Assembly: GCA_951406725.2 (NCBI GenBank) | Contig: OX597835.1 | Coordinates: 17,980,001-18,044,000, forward strand | Source of the DNA: Octopus vulgaris | Taxonomy: Eukaryota | DNA length: 64,000 nucleotides | Direction of reading: 5' to 3' | Part shown: piece after piece, positions 1 through 14,579 of the stretch | Layout of the letters: each line of letters starts with the position of its first letter | Numbering within the stretch: position 1 is the first letter of the stretch | The notes under the pieces: model-generated | What the model was told of the DNA's origin: nothing | Databases searched by the model: none | The model's input: only the letters and a program-made list of their open reading frames with translations | Made by a program: the position numbers and the translations under genes

Positions 1-67
1 GAGAGTGAGAGACAGGGAGTGATATATCACTCTCTCTCACTCTCTTCTCTCTCTCTCTCTCTCTCTC

Positions 68-115
<48 letters not shown>

Positions 116-266
116 TAGATAGATAATAACAACACCACAAGTGTAAACAAGAGAGACAGAGAAAGGCAGAAGCAAGGAAAATGCCACTTATATTTGAACA
201 CTATACAAATATTCTTTTAAAAAAACTTTTCTTTTAATTTTTCTAAATTTAATTATTTAATCGTTA

Positions 267-304
267 CAGTTGAAAAGATCTCAAAATGACCGAAATCGGT
301 ACTG
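267..304 (+). ncRNA. Degenerate type-I hammerhead ribozyme-like motif
   Basis: CAG-TTGAAAA (for CTGANGA)-GATC/GACC stem II-GAAA-TCGG-TA-CTG. Element order and stem I closure (CAG/CTG) match a minimal hammerhead, but the core has two substitutions. Confidence 0.45.
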
Positions 305-577
305 AAATGTTCTTTATAAAATTATTTTAGCATTTTCTATCTTGACTTGTTTTTTCATATATATATAGATATATACATATACATCGTGAGATGAAACAAT
401 ACAATCGTGAGATGAAACAAATATTGTCATATTTGGTGATGGTCATATTTTGCTAATTAAAAACACGCACCATTTATTCCGTCTCCACTTCAGCTCTACT
501 ATTATTATTGTAGTTTCTTTATCAAAGAGGACGCCAAAATGTTATAAGCTGAATAGAGAAAGACACGTCGGACAGAG

Positions 578-639
578 TGTCGCTGAAGAGGCAACAGCAT
601 GTGTAATGAAAGAACTTTATCAAAGAAACTAGTATGACA
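578..639 (+). ncRNA. Hammerhead-like motif with decayed stem II
   Basis: TGTCG-CTGAAGA-(35 nt, poorly paired)-GAAA-CTAG (palindromic stem III)-TA-TGACA; stem I pairs TGTCG/TGACA. Sequence at ~410-475 resembles the palindromic element at 53300-53365. Confidence 0.5.
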
Positions 640-757
640 GTAATAAGGCTGAAGCGAGGACCCAGTTACATCGTGCGTGTATTTAATTGGCGAAATGTGG
701 GAGAGAGACAGAGAGAGAGAGAGATAGAGAGAGAGAGATAGATAGAGAGATAGATAG

Positions 758-788
<31 letters not shown>

Positions 789-1299
789 GGAGAGAGGGGG
801 TTATGAGAGGTAATGGCGTCAAAAGAGCGAAAGGTGTCAAGTAATGCTAAGTGCTCTGGACAGACCATAGTCTCTCGGCGCGCTGACGATTCCACCAACA
901 CGCCGCGCCGCCTTAATCAAATTAAATATCGTTTAATATTCAACATGGGAAAAAAATCAAACAGAAAAGAAATTACCGGGATTTCCTGTCTGGATATTTT
1001 GGCAACTTTCTATATTTTCAGCATAAATGAATGTTATACACACGGGTTTGGCAAGGTGTTCGATACAACCAGCCATGTGTATATTTATAAACATGGACCG
1101 AAACATGCATGTTTAATATTATATTTATAATTAAGAAAATATACTACCATTTTGTTTTTTTCATCTCACTGGAATGTATTAATTAATATCTGGTGTGTAA
1201 AGGCTTTTATTGATTCTTCATTTCTGCAGTAAAGTCCAGTTGGTAGGATATTAAAATACTTTTGGCAAAAAGCAGTGTAAGGTGAAGAGGTAAATCGAT

Positions 1300-2080
1300 T
1301 AGGAAAATCCTAGTATATGACTGGTATATTATTTTATCGACCCGGAAAGGATAAAAAATGCTAAGTTGGCCTCGGCGTGATTTGAGTTCAGACCGCACAG
1401 CTTCGGAAGAAACCCTGCTGAACATTTTGTGTCCGACGCCCTAACGATTCTCCCAAGCGTGGCACCATTGTGACAAAAATACGGTGCACTTCTAGTATAA
1501 GCTCAAGGATGAACATTTGTTGGGACAGGATATGAATGGACTACACAGACCCCAATACTCAATGGGTTCTACTTTTATCGACGACGTAATGAAGCAAAGC
1601 AATATTGGTATCCGTGGAATTTGAGCTGAGAACGCACGCAGTGAGGAGAACTGTCGCTAGCCCTTTTTGACCAATACGACGACGACTGTCCCACTACCTT
1701 AATGCAACAACATTTCTTTCAACACTTCTGAGTACAAATTCTGCCAAGGTCCACTTTACCTTTTATCCTTTCGGAGTCGATAAATTAAGTACTAGTTGCG
1801 TACTGGGGAGCCGATCGACTGGCCCCTCTTCCAAAATTTCGGTCCTTTTTACCTAAAGTAGAAAAGAATATTTCTTTCAACAATAAGTACAACACCTGAA
1901 ATTTTAGGTACGTGTAGCTCAGGATCACGTCTACCCCAGAACTTAACTGGTATTTATTTCATGAACCCCAAACGGATAAAAGACACAGCTGAATTCGGTA
2001 GGATTTGAAATGAGAATGTCAAGGTTTGGAAGAAACATAAGTAAGCAGTTTACCCAGAGCACTAACAGCTCCGCCACCTC
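1300..2080. mobile_element. Cluster of old SINE copies (family D), both orientations
   Basis: Repeated diverged matches to the core gaggtcgactttgcctttcatcctttcggggtcgataaa..agtaccag, e.g. 1741-1810 (+) and ~1320-1440 and ~1945-2080 (-). Confidence 0.7.
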
Positions 2081-3106
2081 TCCGCTTGATTTTTGTTTCT
2101 TTCCTGTTGGAAAAATACATATTAGCTTCGGCAGTTGTAAATTGGTTTTCGTTTTTCGTCGACACAATATAAAGTGCATGCCCTCACATTTTTTGATACA
2201 TTGAAACAATCTGCAATACTTATATAAAACATTAACTGTTGAAACTATACAACTTGTTGTATAAATTTGACATTGAGACAACAGATGATATAGAGACAAA
2301 TATAAAATATTTATAACTTTGACGTCAGTAGTCTGGGGACAAGTTTTGTTTTGTTGCAGTCATCTGCGTCAGTAAGAAGCAGGGAAAGTTTATACTGTGC
2401 GGCGGAACGGTCAGCACAAAAGAAATTGAAGTCAGGTCTGCAACAATTTTTACCATAATAAAAACACAAATTGATATCAGCCTCAAATAACTAATATGTA
2501 ATGGGTGGTATTCTTTCTGACCATCGACAGTAAGGACAAAATTAATCAGGGAAGCAGAGAAACTCAGCGTGTCACATATTTTACCTTCCCTCTCTCAATA
2601 TTCAATGACATTTCTACTATTCCTCATGTTGGGGTGATAGTAATATTATGAACTGTATTTGTGAGAGAGTCGGAGGTCACGCTGATGGTGGTGGTGGTAT
2701 GAAATTTAAGTATGCCTTTTAAATCTATAAGTAGGATGAAACATGGATTATGCAGTTCTCAACTAGCTCAGGTAGCAACTGTATATGTCAATAGCATACT
2801 TTTTCCGATGTTCTCACTGTTAAGATTGTTAAAAAAAACTATGTAGTTCTGTATCTTTGCAATCACCTTCAATTGTCAGTACCTTTTGAAACATGATGAA
2901 CCTGAAAATACATAAATTTGAGAAGAACCGGCCTGCGGACACTCCCCTCGTGTTAATAAGTACATTTAACAAACATTCTATCAGATGACGTCAGTATAAA
3001 CAAATGTATTGAAACAAATCCAAACCTCAGTCAGTTTAATTATTCAGAGCTTCTAAATATACGATGTTTTGAGTGTGTCCTTTAATTGGTGAATAAAAGA
3101 AACGCG

Positions 3107-3432
3107 GTGTGAGGGCGCGTGGCTTAGTGGTTAGGGCATTCGGCTCATGATCGTAAGGTTGTGAGTTCGATTCCCGGCGACGCGTTGTGTCCTTGAGCAA
3201 GACACTTTATTTCACGTTGCTCCAGTCCACTCAGCTGGCAAAAATGAGTTGTACTTGTATTTCAAAGGGTCAGCCTCGTCACTCTCTGTGTCACGCTGAT
3301 TATCCCCGAGAACTACGTTAAGGGTACACGTGTCTGTGGAATGCTCAACCATTTGCACGTTAATTTCACGAGCAAGCTGTTCCGTTGATCGTATCAGCTG
3401 GGACCCTCGTCGTTGTAACCGGCGGAGTCTTT
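3107..3432 (+). mobile_element. tRNA-derived SINE (family C head, CORE-like centre) with 13-bp TSD
   Basis: A-box tggcttagtgg and B-box gagttcgattccc, then gtgtccttgagcaagacacttt. Flanked by the direct repeat taaaagaaacgcg (3094-3106 and 3433-3445). Confidence 0.9.
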
Positions 3433-3451
3433 TAAAAGAAACGCGAACATC

Positions 3452-3905
3452 CTACATATAATTGCCCATGAGAGAACCAGGGAGAAGCAAGGTGATGTGC
3501 AACAACCTTGAGAGGTTTCCTTGAGACTTGTTTATTGACATAGTGAAACTTAGTTTCACTGCGAACTGGAACCGTTTAAATTCAAAGAGAAGGTAATATG
3601 GGATTAACGGGATTCGTGGAATGAAGACCTTCTCATACTTATAGTTCCCAGTCATAATTGTTGCCTCTAGTACATGGGGTCGCATCGATTTCCCCAACAG
3701 TCTGGTGCCATTGCACAAACGATGTGGGTCCAAATTACAGAGCATCATGATGCGGGTTCCTTTTTAAGTGTTAAGTGGCGAGGTGGTATTCCAGATGGTT
3801 GTAGAGAGCTCAGGATCTCAGTTGGCAAAACTACAGCCTGGTCTTGATCAGTGACAATGCCGAAGGATTTGAAAGACTCTTCTTGTCCAGGCAACAGCTG
3901 CAACG
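3452..3905 (-). pseudogene. Helitron RepHel PIF1-type helicase, C-terminal fragment
   Basis: Frameshifted translation ...SLQPSGIPPRHLTLK.. MMLCNLDPHRLCNGTRL...VFIPRIPLIP...FKRFQFAVKLSFTMSINKSQG matches PIF1/Helitron helicase motifs IV-V. Confidence 0.9.
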
Positions 3906-4414
3906 GAAACAATGATATAATTTGCCGACTTGGGACTTATTGCAAAGATGCATGATAAAAACATTTTTTTGTATTATCATTGAGAGTCAGCACAATTTTT
4001 TTCTGTCTAACATCTTCATTTCTTTCTTTCTTCCTCTCTCTCACCGTCTTTCTGTTGATTGTTTTCAACCATCACCACCACTAGCACCATCACAATCGCC
4101 GCCACAACTGCCATACACACACCATTCAGACACATGACACCACCATCATCAATACCTTTCATTTCGCCCCCTTCCCCTCTTCCACCATCACAACTGTCCT
4201 TCACATCGCTTACTATCACCAACATCACTGACCGCCTCGCATACCACCACCACCATCAGCGTCACCTCCGACTCTATCACAAATACAGCTCATAATATTA
4301 CTATCACCCCAACATGAGGAATAGTAGAAATGTCATTGAATATTGAGAGAGGGAAGGTAAAATATGTGACACACTGATACAGAGAAATTCGTTTTCGCAT
4401 TTAATATTATCATC

Positions 4415-4534
<120 letters not shown>

Positions 4535-5289
4535 TTATATAATTAGGGTTCAGCAAAAATTGCTTTACTACACACCAAACTTTCAGAAATAGCAGCCAAA
4601 GGATTTAGCTATTTCCGCTATTTAAGAAGAGTCTCCCAGATGAAGTATACTCAAAAACATTACACGTAGGTATAGAGGGAAAATTACCGAAAGTTCACTC
4701 GAATGATAGATTACTTGTGAATTCATGCGGTGATAGACGCCTTTTTCTTAATTAATTGAATGAGAGACTGTGCATCGTACGTCGATCTTCCAATACATAT
4801 TTCGGTCATTTCTGGAACCAGTCGTCCCATTAACACTTGATATTTCATATTTAAATCCCATGTGATTATTCTTAGTACAACTCGACTTATTAACACTTTG
4901 ACTTACCTGTTTTGTCAATGTCAACATATTAATTAAGTAACCAGCTATTTACACACACACACACGTATGTATACTTCATTACAATTGTGACGATTTCTGA
5001 TAAAAAAAAGAATTTCTAAAGGTACTTTCCTTTTTTATATTCTTCCCTGGCTTTCTATTTGTGTAAGATATGTAGTTATGCGAGTGTATGTGTGAGAAAA
5101 AAAAATTCATACAGAGGTAGACGCTTTTTTCGCAATTAATTGAATATCGTACATTGATTTTCTAATACATATTTCGGATACTTTTGAAACAAGTCGCCTA
5201 ACAGATATTTCACGAAGATACATTGACCTATTTCTTTGAGCTTTATAGCACAAATCCATTTGTTTCGACTCTTTTGTACCAAGAATTCA

Positions 5290-5880
5290 CTCAATATTAC
5301 ACTGAGTATGTAACAGAGAAAGAGCCAAAGGTTTTCACTGAACAACGGACAGTTTACAATTGGATCCTTCAAATGAAAATGGAGGAGGAAAATGCTGGTA
5401 TGTTCTTTTTTGAAAGCTCCTGGGGGTACTGGCAAGACGTTTTTTGATCAACCTTTTGTTAGCAAATGTCCGTCTAGATGGTTGCACTGCATTGGCGGTA
5501 GCGTCTTCTGGAATAGCAGCTACTATCTTGACAAGTAGAGGAAAGAGTTCATCCTACATTCAAGGATTCCTTGAATTTAGTTAGGACGGAGACTCCAATT
5601 TGCAACGTTTCTAAGACATCATCAAAGGCCAAGGTCTTGCAGAAGATACACTTGATTCTCTGGAATGAATGTACCAGGACTCACCGTGGAGCACTTGAGG
5701 CTGTTGACTGTAGCGCAAATCATTTTAGAGGAAAGGACATTGTCATGGGTGGGGGTCACTGAAGTTTTGATTGGAGATTTCAAACAAACCATTCCTGTGA
5801 TCCCTAAAGGTTCAAAAGCAGATGAAATACAAGCCTGTCTCAAGCAATCCAATCTGTGAACCACGGGACTAAATTGCATA
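5290..5880 (+). pseudogene. Helitron RepHel PIF1-type helicase, N-terminal fragment
   Basis: Walker A APGGTGKTF (~5415-5440), then ALAVASSGIAAT, LILWNECT (motif II) and GDFKQTIPVIPKG (motif III), with frameshifts. Confidence 0.9.
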
Positions 5881-6240
5881 CTGAAATAGCTCTGCCTGAA
5901 AATATTCCCTTGGATTGACATCGTTTAGTACGCCCGGGCCATCGCTGCGTTGAATGACAGGGTAGACTATGAAGGAACGGGATGAAAATATGCAAATAAA
6001 CTCATGTTATTCGACGTATGAAGTTCACCCATACAAGACCACATTTAGTGATAGGCGCGCAAGTATTTTTTCTGCTGATAGTGAAAAGGAATTAAATTGA
6101 ATCGCGAAAAATTAATGAATCTCACTCGTGTCTGCCTATGTGAATGTGTTTGTGTATATATGTATATAATTACTTATGTATGCGTGTAACTGTATATTCA
6201 TACATTCATATAGACATCTACATATCTGTATATCTGTCTA

Positions 6241-6286
<46 letters not shown>

Positions 6287-6359
6287 GATATATGTACATA
6301 CATAGATAAATGTACGTATATTCTATAATCACTTAGCTATCAGTGTATGTTTGCATATG

Positions 6360-6438
<79 letters not shown>

Positions 6439-6561
6439 TATATATAGTTTATCAAATATACCTATATTTATACTTATCCTTATCTATGTCTCCTTCAGTC
6501 TGTCTGGCTCTCCCACCTCTGTTTCTCTCTCTTAGTATCTCTATATAAATATATATAAATA

Positions 6562-6622
<61 letters not shown>

Positions 6623-6653
6623 TTGTATATATGTATTTATGTATGTTTATGTT

Positions 6654-6686
<33 letters not shown>

Positions 6687-6697
6687 CAATATGTATG

Positions 6698-6776
<79 letters not shown>

Positions 6777-7164
6777 TGTATATTCTTCACCGTCATTCAT
6801 ACATAATTAGAACATGTTTCTCTGTGTGCACCAGTGCTCATGTTCCTGCTATGACTGGTGGCATTATTACAGCAGGATATTAAAGTTACTGCATCAGAAG
6901 TATAGGACAGTTGTAATTATATGCTTGTAACCTAATAAAATATATCCACGTAGTCGACTAATGTGCTGTGAGGAACGTGTAGGGAGTTGGGGTTGGGGCG
7001 GGGACGACAGTCCTGATAGAGCGGTCGTCGAGATCTACCAACTTCAATTACACTGTAAGCACAATTATGAACCATATATTTATGTATATGTATGTAGGAT
7101 TGAAGGGAGGTGCGCGCGTGCGTATATTAATAGATACTTGTGTGTCTGTGGTATATGCTGTGCT

Positions 7165-7202
<38 letters not shown>

Positions 7203-7244
7203 TGTAAGAAGCATATATAAGTGTATATGTGTATATATATATAA

Positions 7245-7295
<51 letters not shown>

Positions 7296-7507
7296 TACAC
7301 TTATATATACTTCTTACATGCATATATATATATATATACATATGCATATATATAGGCATGTATGTATGTATGGAGTTTCGTATATATATATAAAAATGTG
7401 TGTGTGTGTGTGTGTGTATACTTATGCATATAAGTAATTATTGTAATTTACTCGTTCTTTCCTTCTTAATATCTCTGAATATATTTGTGTGTATGAATGA
7501 ATATATC

Positions 7508-7940
<433 letters not shown>

Positions 7941-8548
7941 CTCTATACTTACGTATCTGTGTGGACGCTCGTGTGTGTTTGGGCGAGTGTATGGGTATGG
8001 ATTTATGTACGCACACACGTATGTAGATATCTATGTATGTATCAATATCATTCTATGTCTATCCCTATCTCACTTTTCTCCTTCCTACCTCTTTATATCT
8101 GTGCTTGAATATACGCATGCATACCTGTACCGATATCGTTGGCAGTACGTGTTTATGTGTGTCATATATATATATATATACATACGTACTTTTAGAACTC
8201 ACACTGAAATTGAATTCGCGCATGCATGTGAGTAATTAGTTAAGATATATACGACAAAACTACAACAAAACCAGACGAAAGCAAATCCCGAAAACCACAG
8301 AAGAAACTATAGAAAAAAAATATATAGAAACAACCTGAAACGGCGAACGTTCATAACTAAGGCACAGAGAGGTAGTGTACTGAAGAGTTTGAGAGGAATG
8401 TTTTCACGCAGTGTTTGAACTAAACACGGGGGAAATTACATGTCGGCAATGATATTACAGGAAGCCGTGTGCAATATAGATGTTGGGACTAAGTCTTAGT
8501 TGGCCATCGACCAATGACTATGCGTATATAGTGTGTGTGTGTATGTGT

Positions 8549-8604
<56 letters not shown>

Positions 8605-8743
8605 ATAATGTATATGGGTTTAGGCATGGTTCTCTGTGTCGGTGTATCGTTCATTCACAGCCTGTCTTTTTTTTCTACTTACTCTAGCTTCTTTTCCCTC
8701 CATTTCATACACGTGACCGCACATATATATGTATGCTCATACA

Positions 8744-8795
<52 letters not shown>

Positions 8796-8840
8796 CGTAT
8801 ACATATATACACATACATATATATATATACATATATAAAT

Positions 8841-8887
<47 letters not shown>

Positions 8888-8906
8888 CATAAATATATAC
8901 ATTTAC

Positions 8907-8964
<58 letters not shown>

Positions 8965-9470
8965 CATATATATAATATGCACACTTACACACATGTATAT
9001 ATATATTCATATATAATCATATGCACATACTTTTGTAAATATGAATATATGTGTGCGTACATATACCGATGTGTGTGTTTATAAATATGCATGTATATAT
9101 ATATATGTATATATGGATAACTCTATATATGTTTGTGTGTGCGTTTGCCTTTAAGCATAACTTCCTCTTTACACTTTATATGAGATCATGTCTATGCATG
9201 CGTTAGGTTTGCTTAATTTGTCTGCTCCGCCTTGTATTTCTCTATCTGTCTTTATAGCTTTCGCTCTGACTGTCTGTCGTTCTCTGCCTCTGTCTCTGTA
9301 GGTCTGTCTGTCTGTCTCCCTGAGTCTCTCTCTCTTCCTGCATCGTTCCCGCTTTTTGCGTATATATGTCTAAATGATTTTCTGTATTTGATTTCATTTA
9401 GCTCTGGATTGAACTAATATATTTTAGATGTCGATGTAAAGGGATAGATTCATATATTTATATATAATAT

Positions 9471-9508
<38 letters not shown>

Positions 9509-9527
9509 ACCACCACCCTGCCGAAGC

Positions 9528-9568
<41 letters not shown>

Positions 9569-9708
9569 TGTGTGCATGTCTGTGTGCATGTGCGTGTGCA
9601 CGCGTGTGTTTTTGTGTGGGTGTGTGTGTTATATGTGTACACATGTGCCTATGTAGTTATATATGTCTATTGGTATGTGTTTGTATTTATCTGTCTAGTA
9701 TCATTACA

Positions 9709-9750
<42 letters not shown>

Positions 9751-9798
9751 GTCAATATTATTGTTATCATTATCATTATTATTATTTTATTATTATTA

Positions 9799-9844
<46 letters not shown>

Positions 9845-11184
9845 CATTATTATTATTATTATTATTATTGTCCGTTTCTGAAATGGCCTGAAATTTGATG
9901 CAGTCCCCATTCTATCACTTTACAATCTGTGGGTTTTCGATGGATTCGTAAATTTGCTAAAGAAAAGTTTTATCACATCATCTAACAAAATTGCTAAGGA
10001 TCAGCGCCGCAATATTATTGCAATGTTCAAGTAACTGTGAGTAAAAGCAAAACATACAAATCACAGTTAGTAAAGAAAAAAAAATTCGATATAAAACCAA
10101 AAAAAAAACATGTATTTATATCTATTGGTTGATATTTTCTCGTTTCGGTCCTCGCATGTTTGTTTCCACAATAATCAAATTTATCTCTGTAGCACCATGG
10201 TCATTCATACAGTAAAATAACTACTTGATAACATTTTCGTTCAACATTACCAGCAAAAATAATTAAAGTTTGATTCGTAAAGTGATTAGTTACCAATATA
10301 TTGTGGGTTTTGTTTGTACTTTCTCCAGTCTTGTTTCTTTGTTTGCCGTTTTTGTCTAAACCCCTTGTAATGGCTTCCCAGCAGTTCGTCTGTGACCATA
10401 TCAGAAGTCATTGCACTCTGTGTAAACCTGCTAAATTTTCGTTTGTATAATTCTGACCATTGGTTTAACGAGTGGACTCTACAGGACATGCTCTGTCGAT
10501 ATGACGTGATCTTATAGCATGGCAAGTGACGTTATGTTCCTGCTGCTGTTGTTGTTGTTGCTGTTCTTTTTCATGCTCTTGCTGTTATTGGTTTTACTTT
10601 GGCCCTAAAGCGGGGGTTCTCATCAAACAGACAACCCTTCGATCAAAGAGTTTCCGTCATGAACAACACACATTATATTTCAACTCAGATTGTCCAAGCC
10701 TTTATTATGAAATGCTTCACCCAATATGTACATACATACATGCATTCCTACATACATACATACATACATACATACATACATACATACATACATACATACA
10801 TACATACATACATAAATATATATACGCGTATATATACATACACACCCACACACACATTTATATATATATATATGCTTGATGTTATGTTTGGGAGGAAATC
10901 TAGCGCTTCATATAAAATATATACTGTGATATTAAAATGGTTTTCTACAGTAACTGCAAAAGGTGTAATGCAAAAGGTTTATAGCACGGCCAGACGAAAT
11001 CAGTCAGAGAGGGTCAATACTGAAACTGCACTTTACACTAGTCGGATAATTGTATTAGGGTATTAATTATTGTTGTGTCACTCTTTTCTAATCTGTTGTG
11101 CATCAGTGCCCCTGCCCACTTCCTCCGCCAGAGAGACGTGTAAGGAGTTGCAAGAAGATTTGTTATCTTCAGGGACTAGTGTTA

Positions 11185-11362
11185 CACTATGAACTTCATA
11201 GGAATGAACTGAAGTCACGCTCTCCTAGAAAAACTCCGCTGTTGACTAAAAGGTATGGAGATGCCCGATTAAAATTTGTTTATGAACATAAAGATAAACC
11301 TGATACATTCTGGGAAAAGGTTTTATGGACAGACGAGTCGAAAATTGAATTGTTTGGAAGAA
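11185..11362 (+). pseudogene. Tc1-family transposase fragment
   Basis: LHRNELKSRSPRKTPLLTKRYGDARLKFVYEHKDKPDTFWEKVLWTDESKIELFG contains the Tc1 RKxPLL and VLWSDESK (first catalytic D) motifs. Confidence 0.9.
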
Positions 11363-11645
11363 TTTCGCGTAGCCATGTGTGTGTGTGTGTGTGAGTATAT
11401 GTATGTATATGTCCATATGCACCTATGCACAAACGAACACACAGATTATCTCAGTTACACGAGAGTTTAGCGTCTCTGTCCATGAACCAGTGCGGGGTGG
11501 TGTTGTCGTGTTGTGGGATCTGGTGGCGATGCAAGGGAACATTCGTTGGGGGCACATAGTCTGAAGTAGTAACGTATACCAGTCACTTCATTTCTTAGCA
11601 CATGATCTCGCTTGCAGTCATAGGTACAGACGCTGGTGAATGGGT

Positions 11646-11646
11646 A

Positions 11647-11723
<77 letters not shown>

Positions 11724-11726
11724 AAA

Positions 11727-11771
<45 letters not shown>

Positions 11772-11774
11772 AAA

Positions 11775-11829
<55 letters not shown>

Positions 11830-11830
11830 G
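11646..11830. repeat. (TAC)n microsatellite
   Basis: About 60 TAC units with two TACAAA interruptions. Confidence 0.95.
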
Positions 11831-12255
11831 ATGTTGCTACTCTCACTACTACCAGTGTTGCGTTTTTTTTTTTCCTCTGGCTCTTCCCCATGCACCTGCT
11901 TCCATTACTAAAGTGAGCTTATTGCTGACAAAACAACGTATAAAATATCCATACGGCAGTGTAGGTGTTGGGGGAGGGTGGCATGAGCGAGGGTTATAGG
12001 GAGGGACAGGTGTTTGTCTAGATTCTCCAAGAAGAAGGTCAAAGCGAAGGAAGAAAAAAAACCGACAGTAATAAAGAAGAAATACATTAAGTAAGTATTG
12101 AAAAAAAACAAACAAAAAGACAATAGCGAAAACAGAAGAAACAATCAATGAGAGTCGATTTGCACTTTTGCATTGATATATTATTCGTGTAGATGTGTAT
12201 GAAGCTATTTTGTTTTGAACGCATGTGTGTATACGTTTATGTATGTATGTGTGTG

Positions 12256-12329
<74 letters not shown>

Positions 12330-12383
12330 TATATAGATATATAGATGGACAGATAGATAAGATAGATAGATATGTGTGTTTGT

Positions 12384-12760
12384 GTGGCTGCGTGGTAAGT
12401 AGCTTGCTTACCAACCACATGGTTCCGAGTTCAGTCCCATTGCGTGGCACGTTGGGCAAGTGTCCTCTACTATAGTCTCTGGCCGGCCAAAGCCTTGAGA
12501 GTGGATAGGTAGAGGGTAACTGAAAGAAGCCCCTCGTATATATGTATATATATATGTGTGTGTGTGTTTGTGAGTCTGTGTTTGTCCTCCCAGTCTGTGT
12601 TTGTCCTTCTGAACTTAGCAATTCAGCAAAAAGACACCGATAGAATAAGTTCTAGGCTTACAAAGAATAAACCCTGGGGTCGATTTGCTCGACTACAGGC
12701 GGTGCTCCAGCATAGCCGCAGTGATATGACTGAAACAAGTAAGTGAGTAAAAGAGAAAGA
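12384..12760 (+). mobile_element. SINE family A (tRNA head, internal TA/TG microsatellite, GAGTAAAA tail)
   Basis: gtggctgcgtggtaagtagcttgcttaccaaccacatggttccgagttcagtccc...ccagcatagccgcagtgatatgactgaaacaag. Confidence 0.9.
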
Positions 12761-12864
12761 ATATATATATACATGTTCTTATGTACGTTTTGCTCTGAGT
12801 ACAACCCTTATACAAAGCACAAAACAACGGTTTTAAGGGCAACAAGGTAGCAAATACGCTGGCA

Positions 12865-13025
12865 GACATTACCACTCATTGCAAGGATAAAAAGACGAAG
12901 CTCCCCTGGTACGGCTACGCATCCCATCACAACTCCCTGTCGAAAACCCCTTTTGAAGGTACCGCTGAAGGAGCGGGGAAAGACAGGCAAAGAAATCCGT
13001 AGTTCAGCAACATGGAGCATGTGGA
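12865..13025 (+). pseudogene. RTE-like LINE ORF2 C-terminal fragment
   Basis: Frameshifted IARIKRR.L.WYG....HNSLSKT.FEGT.EG..G.GRQRK matches the RTE C-terminal WxGH...EG.R.RGR pattern. Confidence 0.65.
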
Positions 13026-13184
13026 AGCAGGGGCGAGTGTGATATGAGATGGAAAAATGATGGGAATCTGAAGGGCGAGAGAAATGACTATATGTGCGTG
13101 TTATGTGTGTGTGGGGGTGTGTGTATAAACTGGGAGAGTGACTGCATTACTTCCTTAAAGACAGAATTCAGTTAGTTGCAGCGA

Positions 13185-14110
13185 ATGGTACCCTTTCTGG
13201 GGAATCTCACATCCCAAGCGGTGTCCTCAGACAACTGTTCTGAGGCAATTACCCTTCATGATAGCTCTCTTAGACATGCCAACTTTCGCTCAGACTGTCA
13301 CTGTCACTAGCTGTGCGGATGATACAAGATGATCACATGCGATAAAAAACCAAGTTTACGTCGCAAGCTTACATTGAATTCGATATACAAGTGAACCGAT
13401 ATAAACAACATGCAGTTTAATGCTGGAAAATTTCAAGCACTGAACTATCAACTCACGAATGCACTACATGTTGCATATATATGACCCAAAGTCACTACAA
13501 TCCTAGAGTCACAGGCAGTGAAAGACTTGGGGTTAGTGTGTGCAGTGATGCATCATTTTATGTGCACATTGCCATGATGACAACAAAGGGGAGACAACTG
13601 GCAGAATGGATACTAAGGGACCTGAAAGTAGGTTGACCCTGTGGAGAACCTTTGTTCTCAGCCACTTGGATTATTGCTCCAGTTATGGTTACCACATAGC
13701 ACCAAAAAGAAAAAAGCTGAACGTGTAAGGCAGTCCGACACCACTACACTAAATAGATTGACATAGTGCAGCAGATGAGCTACAAGGACAGGCTGAGAAA
13801 CTGCAACCATATTTCCTGAAGCAAAGGCGCGAGAGATATGCAATAATTTACATGTGGAAGACTCAAGAAGGGCTAGTACCCAATTTTGTCATTTACCATT
13901 CTATCTAAACCCAGGATCAGGTACTGCAATAGGCGAGGGTTCAAAGTCCACAGTTCCTCAATGCCCTGTCACAAAAATTAATCAATCTGCATAAGGTAGA
14001 AGTAGATGTCATCAAAAAGGAATTAGACATCCTCCTTTCCACAATACCGGATGGACAAAGAGCCCGACATGAGTTGCAGAATAGGGCAGAGGGATTAAAC
14101 ACCATTATAT
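13185..14110 (+). pseudogene. CR1/L2-like LINE reverse transcriptase, decayed 3' half
   Basis: SGV(P)Q.TVL at ~13216, ADDT at 13315-13326, NMQFNAGKFQ, KDLG and LDYCSS motifs in RT order, with many indels. Confidence 0.85.
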
Positions 14111-14440
14111 ATCAAATGGACCAACAGCTGGGACAATGGCACATACAATTGTACTGATGCGAAACGGCCCAGACTGAGGAAATTAAAAACACCACGGTGG
14201 TGCTCCAGCAAGGCCGCAACCTTGTGGCTAAAACGAGTAGAAGAATAAAACAATAAAACAATATATACTCACACATAAACACACGCATATACACGTGTAT
14301 GTATGTATACACATGGACACAAATCTACCAGCACACTCACAGTATACGCGCATAGGAACACAAGTTAACACACATAACGACACACATGTATATGTATATA
14401 AATATGAGTGTGTGTGGATGTGCATACGTATGCATGCATA

Positions 14441-14481
<41 letters not shown>

Positions 14482-14536
14482 TCATACATATATATGCATA
14501 TTTATATATACATATCCATAGACATATACGCATGTG

Positions 14537-14579
<43 letters not shown>

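Larger units (their letters stand above)
2564..4377. repeat. 138-bp inverted repeat pair (2564-2701 / 4240-4377)
   Basis: tcagcgtgtcacatattttaccttccc...gctgatggtggtggtggtatg is the reverse complement of cataccaccaccaccatcagc...aatatgtgacacactga, with about 4 mismatches. Confidence 0.9.

Noticed and set aside
3111-3185. tRNA-like sequences here and at ~15050, 22550-22619, 32680 and 39890-39958
   Set aside because: They continue into shared SINE bodies, some with TSDs, and lack a proper acceptor stem and CCA context. They are SINE heads, not tRNA genes.
4595-4645. Minus-strand hammerhead-like words (ctgggaga...gaaa-tagcta)
   Set aside because: The core and stem I do not fit.
8376-8440. CTGAAGA-containing hammerhead candidate
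   Set aside because: GAAA and the cleavage triplet are not correctly placed, and stem pairing is insufficient.
10294-10427. Possible minus-strand exon (cag|GTTTACACAG...ATTG|gtaact) within ORF 10286-10525
   Set aside because: Weak acceptor, no recognisable homology and no partner exons; it needs RNA-seq support.
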